Positions 11,541 to 24,007 of a stretch of 64,000 nt of DNA are shown here, piece after piece. The position numbers and the translations under genes are program-made. The notes beneath the pieces are model-generated. The model was not told where the DNA came from, searched no databases, and worked only from the letters and a program-made list of their open reading frames with translations. This DNA is from Nemertoderma westbladi. Its lineage: Eukaryota > Animalia > Xenacoelomorpha. Every line of letters begins with the position of its first letter. Position 1 is the stretch's first letter. The stretch lies in the NCBI GenBank assembly GCA_032718475.1, contig JAUCBJ010005486.1, positions 1 to 64,000 of the forward strand. Direction: 5' to 3'.

Positions 11541-13733
11541 ATGTTTACTTCGTGGCTCGCCTCACATTTCCTCACAAGCCTACAACCACGCGCCATTGCG
11601 TATCCCTTCCTACTTTGTGGCTCGCCCCACAAGCCTACAACCACGCGCCATCGCGTATCCCTTCCTACTTCGTGGCTCGCCTCACATTCCTCACAAGCCT
11701 ACAACCACGCGCCATCGCGTATCCCTTCCTACTTCGTGGCTCGCCTCACATTCCTCACAAGCCTACAACCACGCGCCTTCGCGTATCCCTTCCTACTTCG
11801 TGGCTCGCCTCACATTCCCCACAAGCCTACAACCACGCGCCATCGCGTATCCCTTCCTACTTCGTGGCTCGCCTCATATTCCTCACAAGCCTACAACCAC
11901 GCGCCATCGCGTATCCCTTCCTACTTCGTGGCTCGCCTCACATTCCTCACAAGCCTACAACCACGCGCCTTCGCGTATCCCTTCCTACTTCGTGGCTCGC
12001 CTCACATTCCCCACAAGCCTACAACCACGCGCCATCGCGTATCCCTTCCTACTTCGTGGCTCGCCTCACATTCCTCACAAGCCTACAACCACGCGCCATC
12101 GCGTATCCCTTCCTACTTCGTGGCTCGCCTCACATTCCTCACAAGCCTACAACCACGCGCCTTCGCGTATCCCTTCCTACTTCGTGGCTCGCCTCACATT
12201 CCTCACAAGCCTACAACCACGCGCCATCGCGTATCCCTTCCTACTTCGTGGCTCGCCTCACATTCCTCACAAGCCTACAACCACGCGCCTTCGCGTATCC
12301 CTTCCTACTTCGTGGCTCGCCTCACATTCCCCACAAGCCTACAACCACGCGCCATCGCGTATCCCTTCCTACTTCGTGGCTCGCCTCACATTCCTCACAA
12401 GCCTACAACCACGCGCCATCGCGTATCCCTTCCTACTTCGTGGCTCGCCTCACATTCCTCACAAGCCTACAACCACGCGCCATCGCGTATATCCCTTCCT
12501 ACTTTGTGGCTCGCCCCACAAGCCTACAACCACGCGCCATCGCGTATCCCTTCCTACTTCGTGGCTCGCCTCACATTCCTCACAAGCCTACAACCACGCG
12601 CCATCGCGTATCCCTTCCTACTTCGTGGCTCGCCTCACATTCCCCACAAACCTACAACCACGCGCCATCGCGTATATCCCTTCCTACTTCGTGGCTCGCC
12701 TCACATTTCCTCACAAGCCTACAACCACGCGCCATCGCGTATCCCTTCCTACTTCGTGGCTCGCCTCACATTTCCTCACAAGCCTACAACCACGCGCCAT
12801 CGCGTATCCCTTCCTACTTCGTGGCTCGCCTCACATTCCTCTCAAGCCTACAACCACGCGCCATCGCGTATCCCTTCCTACTTCGTGGCTCGCCTCACAT
12901 TTCCTCACAAGCCTACAACCACGCGCCATCGCGTATCCCTTCCTACTTCGTGGCTCGCCTCACATTCCTCTCAAGCCTACAACCACGCGCCATCGCGTAT
13001 CCCTTCCTACTTCGTGGCTCGCCTCACATTCCTCACAAGCCTACAACCACGCGCCATCGCGTATATCCCTTCCTACTTTGTGGCTCGCCCCACAAGCCTA
13101 CAACCACGCGCCATCGCGTATCCCTTCCTACTTCGTGGCTCGCCTCACATTCCTCACAAGCCTACAACCACGCGCCATCGCGTATCCCTTCCTACTTCGT
13201 GGCTCGCCTCACATTCCCCACAAACCTACAACCACGCGCCATCGCGTATATCCCTTCCTACTTCGTGGCTCGCCTCACATTTCCTCACAAGCCTACAACC
13301 ACGCGCCATCGCGTATCCCTTCCTACTTCGTGGCTCGCCTCACATTTCCTCACAAGCCTACAACCACGCGCCATCGCGTATCCCTTCCTACTTCGTGGCT
13401 CGCCTCACATTCCTCTCAAGCCTACAACCACGCGCCATCGCGTATCCCTTCCTACTTCGTGGCTCGCCTCACATTTCCTCACAAGCCTACAACCACGCGC
13501 CATCGCGTATCCCTTCCTACTTCGTGGCTCGCCTCACATTCCTCTCAAGCCTACAACCACGCGCCATCGCGTATCCCTTCCTACTTCGTGGCTCGCCTCA
13601 CATTCCTCACAAGCCTACAACCACGCGCCATCGCGTATCCCTTCCTACTTCGTGGCTCGCCTCACATTCCTCTCAAGCCTACAACCACGCGCCATCGCGT
13701 ATCCCTTCCTACTTCGTGGCTCGCCTCACATTC
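11540..13733. repeat. 64-bp satellite array, left part
   Basis: Unit tatcccttcctacttcgtggctcgcctcacattcctcacaagcctacaaccacgcgccatcgcg with 54/65/66-bp variants. Confidence 0.97.
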
Positions 13734-13734
13734 G

Positions 13735-15206
13735 GAGCCCTCCCAGCCAAAAAAATCGAGAAAAAAAAGGAAAAAAGGATTTAATATTTTCAAAAAAAAG
13801 GAAAAAAAGGATAGGATGCAGTTAAAAAAAAAGGAAAAAAAGATAAGATGCAGTTCAAAAAAAAAAGGAAAAAAAGGATCGGATACAGTTCAAAAAAAAG
13901 GGGAAAACTGAATAGATATTATCTTTACAAAAGTAATAGTAAACATTGTGTCTTTACAGCATTAGTGCTGTTTCTTGATTCTATCTCATTAACCTTACTG
14001 TATATACTATGAAGAATCCCATAAAGAAACGTCCTGTTTTAAATGACAGGAAGATATCAAAGAAAGTTAAAAAATATAAACACGCAGGAAAGAGAACAAA
14101 GATCAATGGTAATATAGTTAATATTAATTATAGTTAATATATCTATATTACTATTATTATACAGATATTTTCACCTTTTTTGCCTAGTTATCAGAGATGG
14201 TCGAGCTCCGCCGATTGATGGTCATTGATATAGGTTTATCAAATGATTGTAAATATAACTTAAGTTTGAAAGTGATATAAAAACTTTGGCACGGATTTCC
14301 GGTCGTGGCTACATTTATATAAATAACAAAAGTGCTTTTAGACGCAATCAAAATTCAACCATATCCAGGGGAAAATGGACGCAAATAACAGCCGATTGCG
14401 AGCAAAAATGAAACTGTAACAGTGTTATAGGCTTTCATTTATTGTTTTGGTTAGAATAGACTGCCACTGCAACCTGTTCCTTTCCCTAAATTTAAATCAT
14501 CATTGTTGATTCACCAAGGCGGTTTTGCGTCAATTATAATAAATCACACTCTAAAAATGTAGCTGCGGAGAGAACTTTAATATACATATTTTCTGAGACA
14601 GAGACAGCCTCTGTCTCAGAAATAAATATATTAAAGTTCTCTCCACAGCTACATTTTTATGGTAGCTTAGCTTGTGATTTTTGTCAAAAAAATATCTAAT
14701 CAAAATATAATAGGCATATGCCCGTCAATCTCTGTTATAACCTTGTCAATATCAGCAGCAAGCTGAAATTTCAGTTTATCTGCCAATGATTGCTGGGATC
14801 AAATGGTTTCCATTGGTACCGGTACCGTTACTGCGTTAAGTATGATTGCAGGAAAATAACTTGTCCTGTACATTGTTATATTAGTTTACTACCAAGCCAA
14901 GGACAACTATATTGATAGTATATAGTAAGTACTGAAATCGTCATATATGGAGCTACAGTCAGACAGTGGTACAGTACCGGTAATTGATTAAACTGCACGA
15001 CCTGTCCATCTGTCTCCTGCTGCCTTGTACTGAATAGATGTTACAACTTACAGCAGGCTATTTTCTGAACTAAAAAAAAGGAAAAAAAGGTGTGAAAATG
15101 GACAAAATAAAAGGAAAAAAGGGAAAATTCTAAAAAAAAAGGAAAAAAAGGAAACGTTCTAAAAAAAAAGGAAAAAAAAGGAAAAAAGGAAACTCTGGGA
15201 GGCCTG
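13735..15206. mobile_element. Non-autonomous hAT-like element inserted in the satellite
   Basis: Termini gagccctcccag / ctgggaggcctg; A-rich subterminal repeats; TSD imperfect (attcgg on both sides). Confidence 0.6.
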
Positions 15207-15213
15207 GATTCGG

Positions 15214-16021
15214 GATTCCCCACAAGCCTACAACCACGCGCCATCGCGTATATCCCTTCCTACTTCGTGGCTCGCCTCACATTCCTCACAAGCCTACAAC
15301 CACGCGCCATCGCGTATATCCCTTCCTACTTTGTGGCTCGCCCCACAAGCCTACAACCACGCGCCATCGCGTATCCCTTCCTACTTCGTGGCTCGCCTCA
15401 CATTCCTCACAAGCCTACAACCACGCGCCATCGCGTATCCCTTCCTACTTCGTGGCTCGCCTCACATTCCTAACAAGCCTACAACCACGCGCCATCGCGT
15501 ATCCCTTCCTACTTTGTGGCTCGCCCCACAAGCCTACAACCACGCGCCATCGCGTATCCCTTCCTACTTCGTGGCTCGCTTCACATTCCTCACAAGCCTA
15601 CAACCACGCGCCATCGCGTATCCCTTCCTACTTCGTGGCTCGCCTCACATTTCCTCACAAGCCTACAACCACGCGCCATCGCGTATATCCCTTCCTACTT
15701 CGTGGTTCGCCTCACATTCCTCACAAGCCTACAACCACGCGCCATCGCGTATATCCCTTCCTACTTCGTGGTTCGCCTCACATTCCTCACAAGCCTACAA
15801 CCATGCGCCATCGCGTATATCCCTTCCTACTTCGTGGTTCGCCTCACATTCCTCACAAGCCTACAACCACGCGCCATCGCGTATATCCCTTCCTACTTCG
15901 TGGCTCGCCTCACATTCCTCACAAGCCTACAACCACGCGCCATCGCGTATCCCTTCCTACTTCGTGGCTCGCCTCACATTCCTCACAAGCCTACAACCAC
16001 GCGCCATCGCGTATCCCTTCC
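15214..16021. repeat. 64-bp satellite array, right part
   Basis: Same unit resumes after the insertion. Confidence 0.97.
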
Positions 16022-16455
16022 CTTTCAACTAATTAATATACCAACCCTAAATAAATTAATTAAATCCAAAACCGGCATAATTCTTGCCAACAAAATATTG
16101 GTGAATAAATCATAGGTAATCAAGGTGTGTGGTAAATCTAAATATTATAGCCATTGTTCGTAAACTGGGGTTGCTAGGTGATACAAAACGCTAAATCTTA
16201 TCATTTAATCTCATAGGTTCCCGTTATTATGATATGGTTCTCCCCTCCTCCCTAGTAAAGGTTAATTTGCTAAAACTTTTCGCCGCGTACATTAAAATAT
16301 GGATTAATTATTATTATTTCTGATATTTAAAATATTTGAAACACTTGGTTAAAAATATTATATAAGTGTGTCTTACATTATGCAGTATGTCAGCGTAACG
16401 TTTAAATACAAACAAAGTTGTAAATATTATACTGTAAAATAACAAATTCAAGGCG

Positions 16456-18390
16456 ATGTCAGAAGCAGCATTAAACTCTATTGATATGGAGGGGAGATCA
16501 GGCCGATTATCACCAATACAATCAGCCGATTCCAGCGCAGTGGCCTCACCCAGAACCCCAGACACGCGAACCCCAGACAGCAAAACTCCAGACCCACAAA
16601 CCCCAGACACCCACGCGTCCACAACACCAGACTCACAGCGGAAACTTGGTTCACCGCCAATATTACCGCCGATATCCCAGACAAGTGGAGCCGAGAACGA
16701 ACCTTGTCACATCGAAACGCAAACTGAAATATCATGGTTGCTAAGCGATTACCTAAACAGTGATGAACTTATTGCGATCGGTGAAACAGAAAAAGAGTTG
16801 GACAAGGAGAATGAGAAAGCGGGTAAAGATTTTGGTGTTACATTTAATCTCCCAGAGGACGAAACGGATGTCTCTGATGAAGTTATAGAGAGTGTGGCAG
16901 AAATTGTGGAAAGCGAGACAGGGTTTGTAGATGATGACACAGAGACTACAGTGAGTAGGATTAGTACAGGGGCGTTGCTAAGCGAGCAAACTGACGTCAC
17001 AGACGAGGTGCCGAGGATGGATCGATTGGGCCCGCCGCGGGTGGTCGGAGTGCAAAGGGAAAGCGAGTTACAAGGGATCGAACCTTCGGCATTGCCTGAC
17101 GATGATGCGCTGCTCCTACAGGGGTTGTTCGTGGGTCGTTGCGAATTCTGTCGCAGAGAAATAAAACCCTTTCCGAGTCTAGAGGAACAAGTGCGGAAAC
17201 CCCCGCACTCCATCTACTGTTGCGACGATTATGAGAAGTTTATGGAGGTGGCATTGTCCCGGGGGAACGGGGTCGGTCCCTCGTGGGATATGGACGTGGG
17301 GGACGCGGTGTCCCAACTCATCGATATATCGCCGCATCCGCCGTACGGGAGTCGCGTGTCGCGACGCGCCGCCAAGGAGAAAGCGGCGCAACGGATGCGA
17401 CAACGGGAGCTGCAACGCCAGCGACGGTTGCTGCAGCAACAACAGCAGGAAGAGGAGGCGGGAACGGCCGCTGCGGAGAAGTTTAAACAGTCGGGAGGCG
17501 GCGGGGGTGGCGAGGGGGGAGGAGGGGCGGAAGCGAAGGCGTTGACGACGATAAACTTTAGTTTAGCGAGTAAGCGATGCGAGGATTGCGGTTGGTTCAC
17601 AAGACCACCCACACCACCAATAGAAGACGAAGATGAAATCGAAATAGTTAGTCCGCCAGTCGTTAAGATAGGCGACGTAACGGGGAGGAATTTGCTCGTT
17701 AAGTTTTATCCTAATGGAAGTAAATTTCTAACTCTGTTTCCTGACGGCAGTGGGACTGTATTGTACCCGAGCGGTCGACCGGCTGTCGTTGTTTCCACGG
17801 TTCAACTCGGATGTCTGAGTTTCTTCGCGTTCTCAGATGCCACGACCGACGCAAACGGGCAGACCCGCGAACCCAAGCTGCTCGCTGTTGCTGATCCGGA
17901 GGGGCGGGGCGCATGCAACACAGAGAACGGTCGTCTAGCGATGTGGTACGACCACCGGGGTGGTAACATATTCAACGCGAGGGGCGTTAAGCGTAAGCGT
18001 TGGTTGTGGGGCGAGTTTGTGTCGCCCCACACCCACGCGCCACCTCTACAACCCATCGTTTTGTGGCTGAGTCGGAATTTCTGCATCCGAGTCGCCGATC
18101 AGCAGCACATAACGATGCAGTTCTCGTGCGATCGCCGCACTGTGCGGTTCAACGTTGGAGTCGGAGTCAAGGTGACAGCGGAGGCGACGCGGCACGATTA
18201 CGCGACGCGAGAACTCGAGGCGTTCAGGGCGCGTACCGGGGTGCTGATTCACCGACTCCGCGAGTCCATACAGTACCCCCACGCTGTTCCGGGACGGATG
18301 CCGTTGCCGGGGTATCTATCGCGAAAAGTCAAGACGAGCGTCTCTTTCTCGAAAAAAGATTCGCCGAGATTTACAGCAGTCGCCCATTAA
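16456..18390 (+). CDS. ERICH6: ERICH6/FAM194-family protein, single coding exon, nested antisense in a titin intron
   Basis: Intact 644-aa GC-rich ORF; acidic N-terminus, CEFC...YCCDDY, IDISPHPPY, coiled coil, FAM194-like domain (KFYPNGSKFLTLFPDGSGTVLYPSG...KRWLW...PPLQPI...VRFNVG); AATAAA at ~18645. Confidence 0.8.
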   Translation: MSEAALNSIDMEGRSGRLSPIQSADSSAVASPRTPDTRTPDSKTPDPQTPDTHASTTPDSQRKLGSPPILPPISQTSGAENEPCHIETQTEISWLLSDYLNSDELIAIGETEKELDKENEKAGKDFGVTFNLPEDETDVSDEVIESVAEIVESETGFVDDDTETTVSRISTGALLSEQTDVTDEVPRMDRLGPPRVVGVQRESELQGIEPSALPDDDALLLQGLFVGRCEFCRREIKPFPSLEEQVRKPPHSIYCCDDYEKFMEVALSRGNGVGPSWDMDVGDAVSQLIDISPHPPYGSRVSRRAAKEKAAQRMRQRELQRQRRLLQQQQQEEEAGTAAAEKFKQSGGGGGGEGGGGAEAKALTTINFSLASKRCEDCGWFTRPPTPPIEDEDEIEIVSPPVVKIGDVTGRNLLVKFYPNGSKFLTLFPDGSGTVLYPSGRPAVVVSTVQLGCLSFFAFSDATTDANGQTREPKLLAVADPEGRGACNTENGRLAMWYDHRGGNIFNARGVKRKRWLWGEFVSPHTHAPPLQPIVLWLSRNFCIRVADQQHITMQFSCDRRTVRFNVGVGVKVTAEATRHDYATRELEAFRARTGVLIHRLRESIQYPHAVPGRMPLPGYLSRKVKTSVSFSKKDSPRFTAVAH

Positions 18391-18964
18391 ATGTATTTGG
18401 GCTCAATCATGGCCAACTAAAAGATATAAAACAATTTTAAAAGATAAAAGACCTTTTCGTAGGCTATGGATCCATAAAACTAGAATGTATAATTGAAATT
18501 AATACTCCAACAAGTCTAGTTACCGGTACAGCAACTTCAGTCGTGAAGTACAGTATGCTTACAATTAAACTGAAAGTAAATAGTCAGCTAAAACGTGTAA
18601 ATAAATTAGCGGTAAAAAATATGTTAGTAGTTGTATTTGTTTTATAATAAATCTCATATTATTTGGGTAAGGAGATACCACAGGCATATCAGCCCAAATA
18701 AAAATTATAGAAAATGAAATACAATACATTTTATACAGTATAAAATGATAAAAATTTTAATAACTTATAAAAAGGTCTCAGGCTGTGACACATACACATC
18801 GCTCGAATTAAGATAAAAAGTTTTATTAGCCGGTAAAAAAAAGTGGCAATTGAACATGTGTCGTCTGGCAGGTTTGTGGTACTGTATATATGCAGTAGAT
18901 TAACTAAGTTTACAACCAGTTTCAGTGACAAACTAAACGAGCGATTCATATCAGTAAAAGTGAA

Positions 18965-19036
18965 TGCCTGGACCCGGATTCGAGCCGGGGTTTTTGCGGC
19001 CACAACGCAAAGTACTAACCACTATACTATCCAGGC
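18965..19036 (-). tRNA. tRNA-His (GTG)
   Basis: GCCTGGATAGTATAGTGGTTAGTACTTTGCGTTGTGGCCGCAAAAACCCCGGCTCGAATCCGGGTCCAGGCA; 72-nt cloverleaf, T4 terminator just downstream. Confidence 0.92.
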
Positions 19037-20251
19037 GACTGGTACACAAGAAACTAATAATTATTACTATATAGTATAATTCATTATCAATAAGTACATT
19101 AAGTGGCTCCAACCGGAAATAAAGAAACAGAAAAAATAAGAAACTGAGTGCTGCAAAGTCCTATGATACTAGCAGCCATTAATTACTTTGTTTACACAAG
19201 GAATACGGCCTGGTTTAATGTGGCGATCTAACATATGACTAAATAATTCTTGAAAGTAATTTTTAAATTTTTTATTGACGCCCTCTAGCAGCCGGTACAG
19301 AAAGTATTATTTCCAAAAAACGCTACTACAGCACTGTAGTCATGGAGTTTTAATCCAAATATAATGAAATTTACTTTATTGAACACATTTTATTGAATGT
19401 ATTTGGCAGTCCGTCAACTAGGACTATGTAACGCTGTTTTCAACAAAAAATTGGAAAAATTATTTAAAACACGGCGGTGGAGTAATAATTTTAAAATTGA
19501 AAATGTCATTCCGAGATAATAGTAGGCCTATTTAAAGATTAAAACTTCCCGCGCAAAACTGTCTGCTTGTGGTCAGTCAATATGTAAGAATGTTTGGTTT
19601 AATAATGTTTGACACTAAGGAACCACACCATCTCGGTAAAAATCTCATTACAGGGGTTTTGATGGTCGGTGATTTCATTTTTGAAAGCAGTTTTAATGTG
19701 TATTACTGTGTAGAATTAAATCTGTCTGTCTGCCTGTTTGCCTGTGAATATATCAAAACATTATAATCACACCATGGAGCTACAATTATCGCGGTAGGGG
19801 GTTTTGTGGTCTGTCATTTCATTTCTAATGTCGGTTTCCAAGTTTCGCGGATTTCTGACTGGCATTTAGTCTGTCTGTCTGTCTGTCAAAATTTAATAAA
19901 GCATAACGTGTACTGTAGTTAAATTTTCATTATGGGGGTTTTCATGGATTGTGATTCCATTTTCTGCATGTCGGTCTGTCTGTTTGTTTGCCATCAGTTT
20001 GACGGTGAGATTGAGATGAAAAAACAGCTATAACTAATGTATAGAACAAAAAGAGATCTAAAAGAGATTCCAGAATAAACACATCGCTCGAAATTGGATA
20101 AACAGATTTATCCGCCGGTAAATATAAATGTCAATCGGACGAATTAGGTGACGGCGGTTTGGTTGTGGTATAGGCCCTCCTATGGATTGACAAAGTATAT
20201 CGCCAATTTCATTGACAAACAAACCGCGCGATTCATATCAGTAAAAGAGAA

Positions 20252-20323
20252 TGCCTGGACCCGGATTCGAGCCGGGGTTTTTGCGGCCACAACGCAAAGT
20301 ACTAACCACTATACTATCCAGGC
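20252..20323 (-). tRNA. tRNA-His (GTG), identical copy 2
   Basis: Identical 72 nt; flanks diverged but related to those of copy 1. Confidence 0.92.
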
Positions 20324-20847
20324 GAATGGTACCTAACAACAACTAATAATTATTACCGTTGATTATGTACGGTGCTCTGGTCGTAGAGGTTCGGTTGGCG
20401 GGGAGAGCACGTAAGTCCAGGTGAGCATTACCGTAGGGGTATAATTAGTGGACCGTTTGTCGTCGTCGATTGAAATGTTTGATCGCTAGTGAGTCGGTCA
20501 ATCATGGATGAAATGGAACCAAACTTGGTACACATGTAGTCTATAAAAGTTTACATATCCTACACACATGCAGACTTCTATAGTTCATTTGAAGACCGAT
20601 AGGGGGCGAATGTCTAGGTCCACTATAATTGTCCACTACGCAAAAGATCATTTGGACTATACTTCGATGTTCAACTTAAACAGCAAAAAAACCTTGTACT
20701 GTATAACAACCTCGGCCTCGGTAGTTATTAGATTTATTTTGCTTCAGGTCAATATTCGGCTTATCTCCCACATGTACAATATTGTAATTGTAAATAAACA
20801 CTTTGATAAAATAGAATGCAGTTTCTGAATGATCAGAAACTGGATGT

Positions 20848-21021
20848 GGGTCAAAATCACTAAAAGTGGCCAACATTAGGTTTGAATTTTCGTCTAAAAT
20901 TTTTTGCTTCAAAACCTATAAATATATATCATTCGAAAGCTCTTTTTAAGGGGAATTTGAAGAGCACGATGAACAGCTATTAAATTTTACTTAATTAGCT
21001 CTATTTGGGTTTTAAGTTAAG

Positions 21022-21056
<35 letters not shown>

Positions 21057-21871
21057 TTTCGTATAGTACAGTATAGAGTCTGTAATGAGGGGACGCATTA
21101 CAGGGGAACATTTCCTGCTTATTTTTTTTATCTCTTATTTCAATAAACTTCTACATATTTTAAATTATAATGTTTGGGTAAATTGAAAAGCCCGCGAAAT
21201 TTCATTTTCAAAAATACGAGCCAAATAAGACTTATGTAACTTGGAAATAATTTATTGACCTTGAAGTGGCATTACAGGGAGGGGGGTGGGGACAAAGCAA
21301 GCAAAACACCCCAACTTCATAATTTTAAACACTATATGAATATTCTCACATGCCATTGATTGGTTGAAATTTGGTCAGCGAACATGGGAAAGATGGTTCC
21401 TACATATGATAGCCAGATTTTTATGATTGGAGCTGTACATCATAGTTAACCAGGGTCCATTACAGGGGGGAGGGGTACACAAAACCAATAAAATTGTCTA
21501 ATGCGTATTCTTACTGTCAGACGTACCTTAGATACATTGGACAACAATAAATAATATATTAGCTTCTGCAGAATTTTACGCTCTTTCAAATGGTATATAG
21601 ATATCAACATATCTGGTTCGTTAACATTATAAAATTTAAATGCCTGTAACTTAGTTTGAGTGTCTAAACTGATAAATCTATGTTTTTTTCGAATTCGCGC
21701 AGATATTCTGAAAAATTAATACAAGGTAGCGTTGCAAAATAACGGTGACCTATAACACCAAAAAATGTTAAGATATAAATTATTGGAAATGATCGAGGAA
21801 GTCAAAAGTTACGGTGTCCACATACAGTAATGTTTTTGTGTAATTTTGGCCACTTTTAGTGATTTTGACCC
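20848..21871. mobile_element. Non-autonomous TIR element (GGG...CCC ends)
   Basis: gggtcaaaatcactaaaagtggccaa / ttggccacttttagtgattttgaccc. Confidence 0.75.
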
Positions 21872-21885
21872 ATATATCAAAAATG

Positions 21886-21957
21886 TGCCTGGACCCGGAT
21901 TCGAGCCGGGGTTTTTGCGGCCACAACGCAAAGTACTAACCACTATACTATCCAGGC
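21886..21957 (-). tRNA. tRNA-His (GTG), identical copy 3
   Basis: Identical 72 nt followed by a T5 run. Confidence 0.92.
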
Positions 21958-22704
21958 GTTAGATACTGGTACATAAGAAACACCGATTATTACTGTGTAA
22001 GCTACAATAATATGTTGGCTATTAAATTTATGAAACTGTCAGAGACAACAGTGAGAACTTTACAAGTGACAACAGAAAGAGGTGGAGTGGATACAGTGGA
22101 AAATAGTAAATAAACTTATTCTATTTTTATTCTATATTATTTGAATCTCTTGATTCAAATCAACATACTGTAACGTTTCACTTTATGAAACATTGAAATT
22201 TGAAACAGTAAAATTGTGATGACCAATATTAAATTCATAGAAATATTAAACTATAGAGACTAAACTTAGATAACTAAGTTACTAAAAACATAATATAGTT
22301 TATAGAAAAAATATTAAACTTAACAAATTATTATTAAATGAACATTAAAAATGTAGTAAATTACGCATCAAGTTTAGTAAGCAAGCATGCAAGCAAGCTT
22401 CATTTTACTTAATGTTTTCACTCGTCACTGTATACATTTTGTGTACAGTATACATTATACCATCATGGAGAGAACAATATCATAAAAAAAAATACATGAC
22501 ATAAACTTGCTCTTCTCAGCGCTTACGTTGTAAAATCACTAGACCTACATTCCAAAGTTATGCAAATAAGGCTACTTACTTCCCCCATCCTATGTAGGCC
22601 TACAGATATGTCCATCCATATCATAGGCCTACTGTCTACGTCCCCGTATCCTATAGTAAATAATAATAATATAGCAATAGGACGATGAATGTATATAAAC
22701 TCAC

Positions 22705-22878
22705 CCCGATGTGCGAGGATGAATCTCTATTTGGTAGGAATCCCTTTCTCCCGAACTGTAAGAGGGTTGGTTGGAGTGCTCGATGCTAACTCTTACACTG
22801 GCGGTGTCGGTACCGGCGGCATTCTGGATGACAACCGAATACCAACCGGATGCGGAAGTGTCTGGTCGATCAATAAAC
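22705..22878 (-). CDS. Titin-like exon 6 (Ig C-half + linker)
   Basis: ttccgaag|...|gtgagt; FIDRPDTSASGWYSVVIQNAAGTDTASVRVSIE; 174 nt, phase 2-2. Confidence 0.9.
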
Positions 22879-23698
22879 CTTCGGAAAATAAACGTGATAT
22901 TCTCGAGAAAATAAACAATAAACATATTAAAAATGTAGTTAAAACTTTTAACACATTTATTTATAAAATAAATTTATTAGAGAAAAAATAAGGAGTATCA
23001 ATACATGGTAAAAATGTTTATAAATTACAGTAATAGGGTAAAATATATATTAAATTTGCCTACAATTATTGAATTATTCATTCTGTAAACATATAGTGTT
23101 CCAAAAAGGGTCATCCGTTTCGTTTTTGAATAACCATGGTTGTCGTAATCTATTGCATAATTCCCGTGGCATATAAACCAAACGTGTCAGCGGCAGCACA
23201 ATAATACTGTTCATTGCTTTTCAACGACTGTATCAGAATTTCTCATGATTTGTTAAAAAAAAGTTGTCGTACAAGACGATCTAATAAACGCGAATGGACA
23301 TGAAAGCGCTGGATTCTAGATAACTTTGTGACCAGTTGTAGTACAAGGACCACCATATACTGTACTACAGTACAATACGTACTATACTTGGGGGGGGGGG
23401 GGGGGGGGGGGGGGGGGACGCGGGCAAACTCCATCTCTGTTTGGTGTATTTGTTATTATACAGGGAAAGCATAGATTATGGGCAAAAATGTAACCGATTG
23501 GCTTCAATTATTATTTTTCTTAGAATAACGTGGCTCTGTAACACCTTTCCCGTAATTTATAATTAACAATGTTGATTCGAGGATTATAGATATCGCATTT
23601 CGCCGGGATGGGATTAGCAAAAAGCCTGCCCCCATCCCCCCCCCACCCCCTGTTTTCCCTCTGTTAGACATTAACTCTTTATACATAATGACACTAAC

Positions 23699-23888
23699 AG
23701 AGTGTAACGACCATTACTATCTTCCGTTCTCGCAGAGTTCGGGAGTTTTCGCTTGTTGTCTTTCAACCACGTGACTCTTGGGGGCGGGGTACCTCGAACT
23801 ACACAACTCAACTGGATCGGTTGCCCCTCGTTACTGGTGACGTTCTCGGGTACCTCAATAAACTCGGGTCTGGTCGCCGCACTTTTAG
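23699..23888 (-). CDS. Titin-like exon 5 (Ig N-part)
   Basis: atttcag|...|gttagt; KSAATRPEFIEVPENVTSNEGQPIQLSCVVRGTPPPRVTWLKDNK...GRYTL; 190 nt, phase 1-2; absent from ORF track. Confidence 0.92.
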
Positions 23889-24007
23889 CTGAAATAATAA
23901 AGAATTAAATTAGGCCGATAAATTGATATTAAAAAAAAATAATAAACGAATTGCAGTAAAGGAAAGGGGCGAGCCACGTGGTATAAAGCGTAGTATTCGG
24001 TGTACAT

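Noticed and set aside
11540-13733. CRISPR-like appearance of regular repeats
   Set aside because: Head-to-tail units with no unique spacers, no cas genes, eukaryotic context
11522-16115. Overlapping 200-790-aa ORFs in all three plus frames
   Set aside because: The 64-bp unit lacks plus-strand stop codons and is not a multiple of 3, so all frames stay open; satellite artefact
20350-20480. GC-richer patch, possible extra titin exon
   Set aside because: Stops in the minus-strand frames and no clear acceptor; neighbouring exons already join in phase
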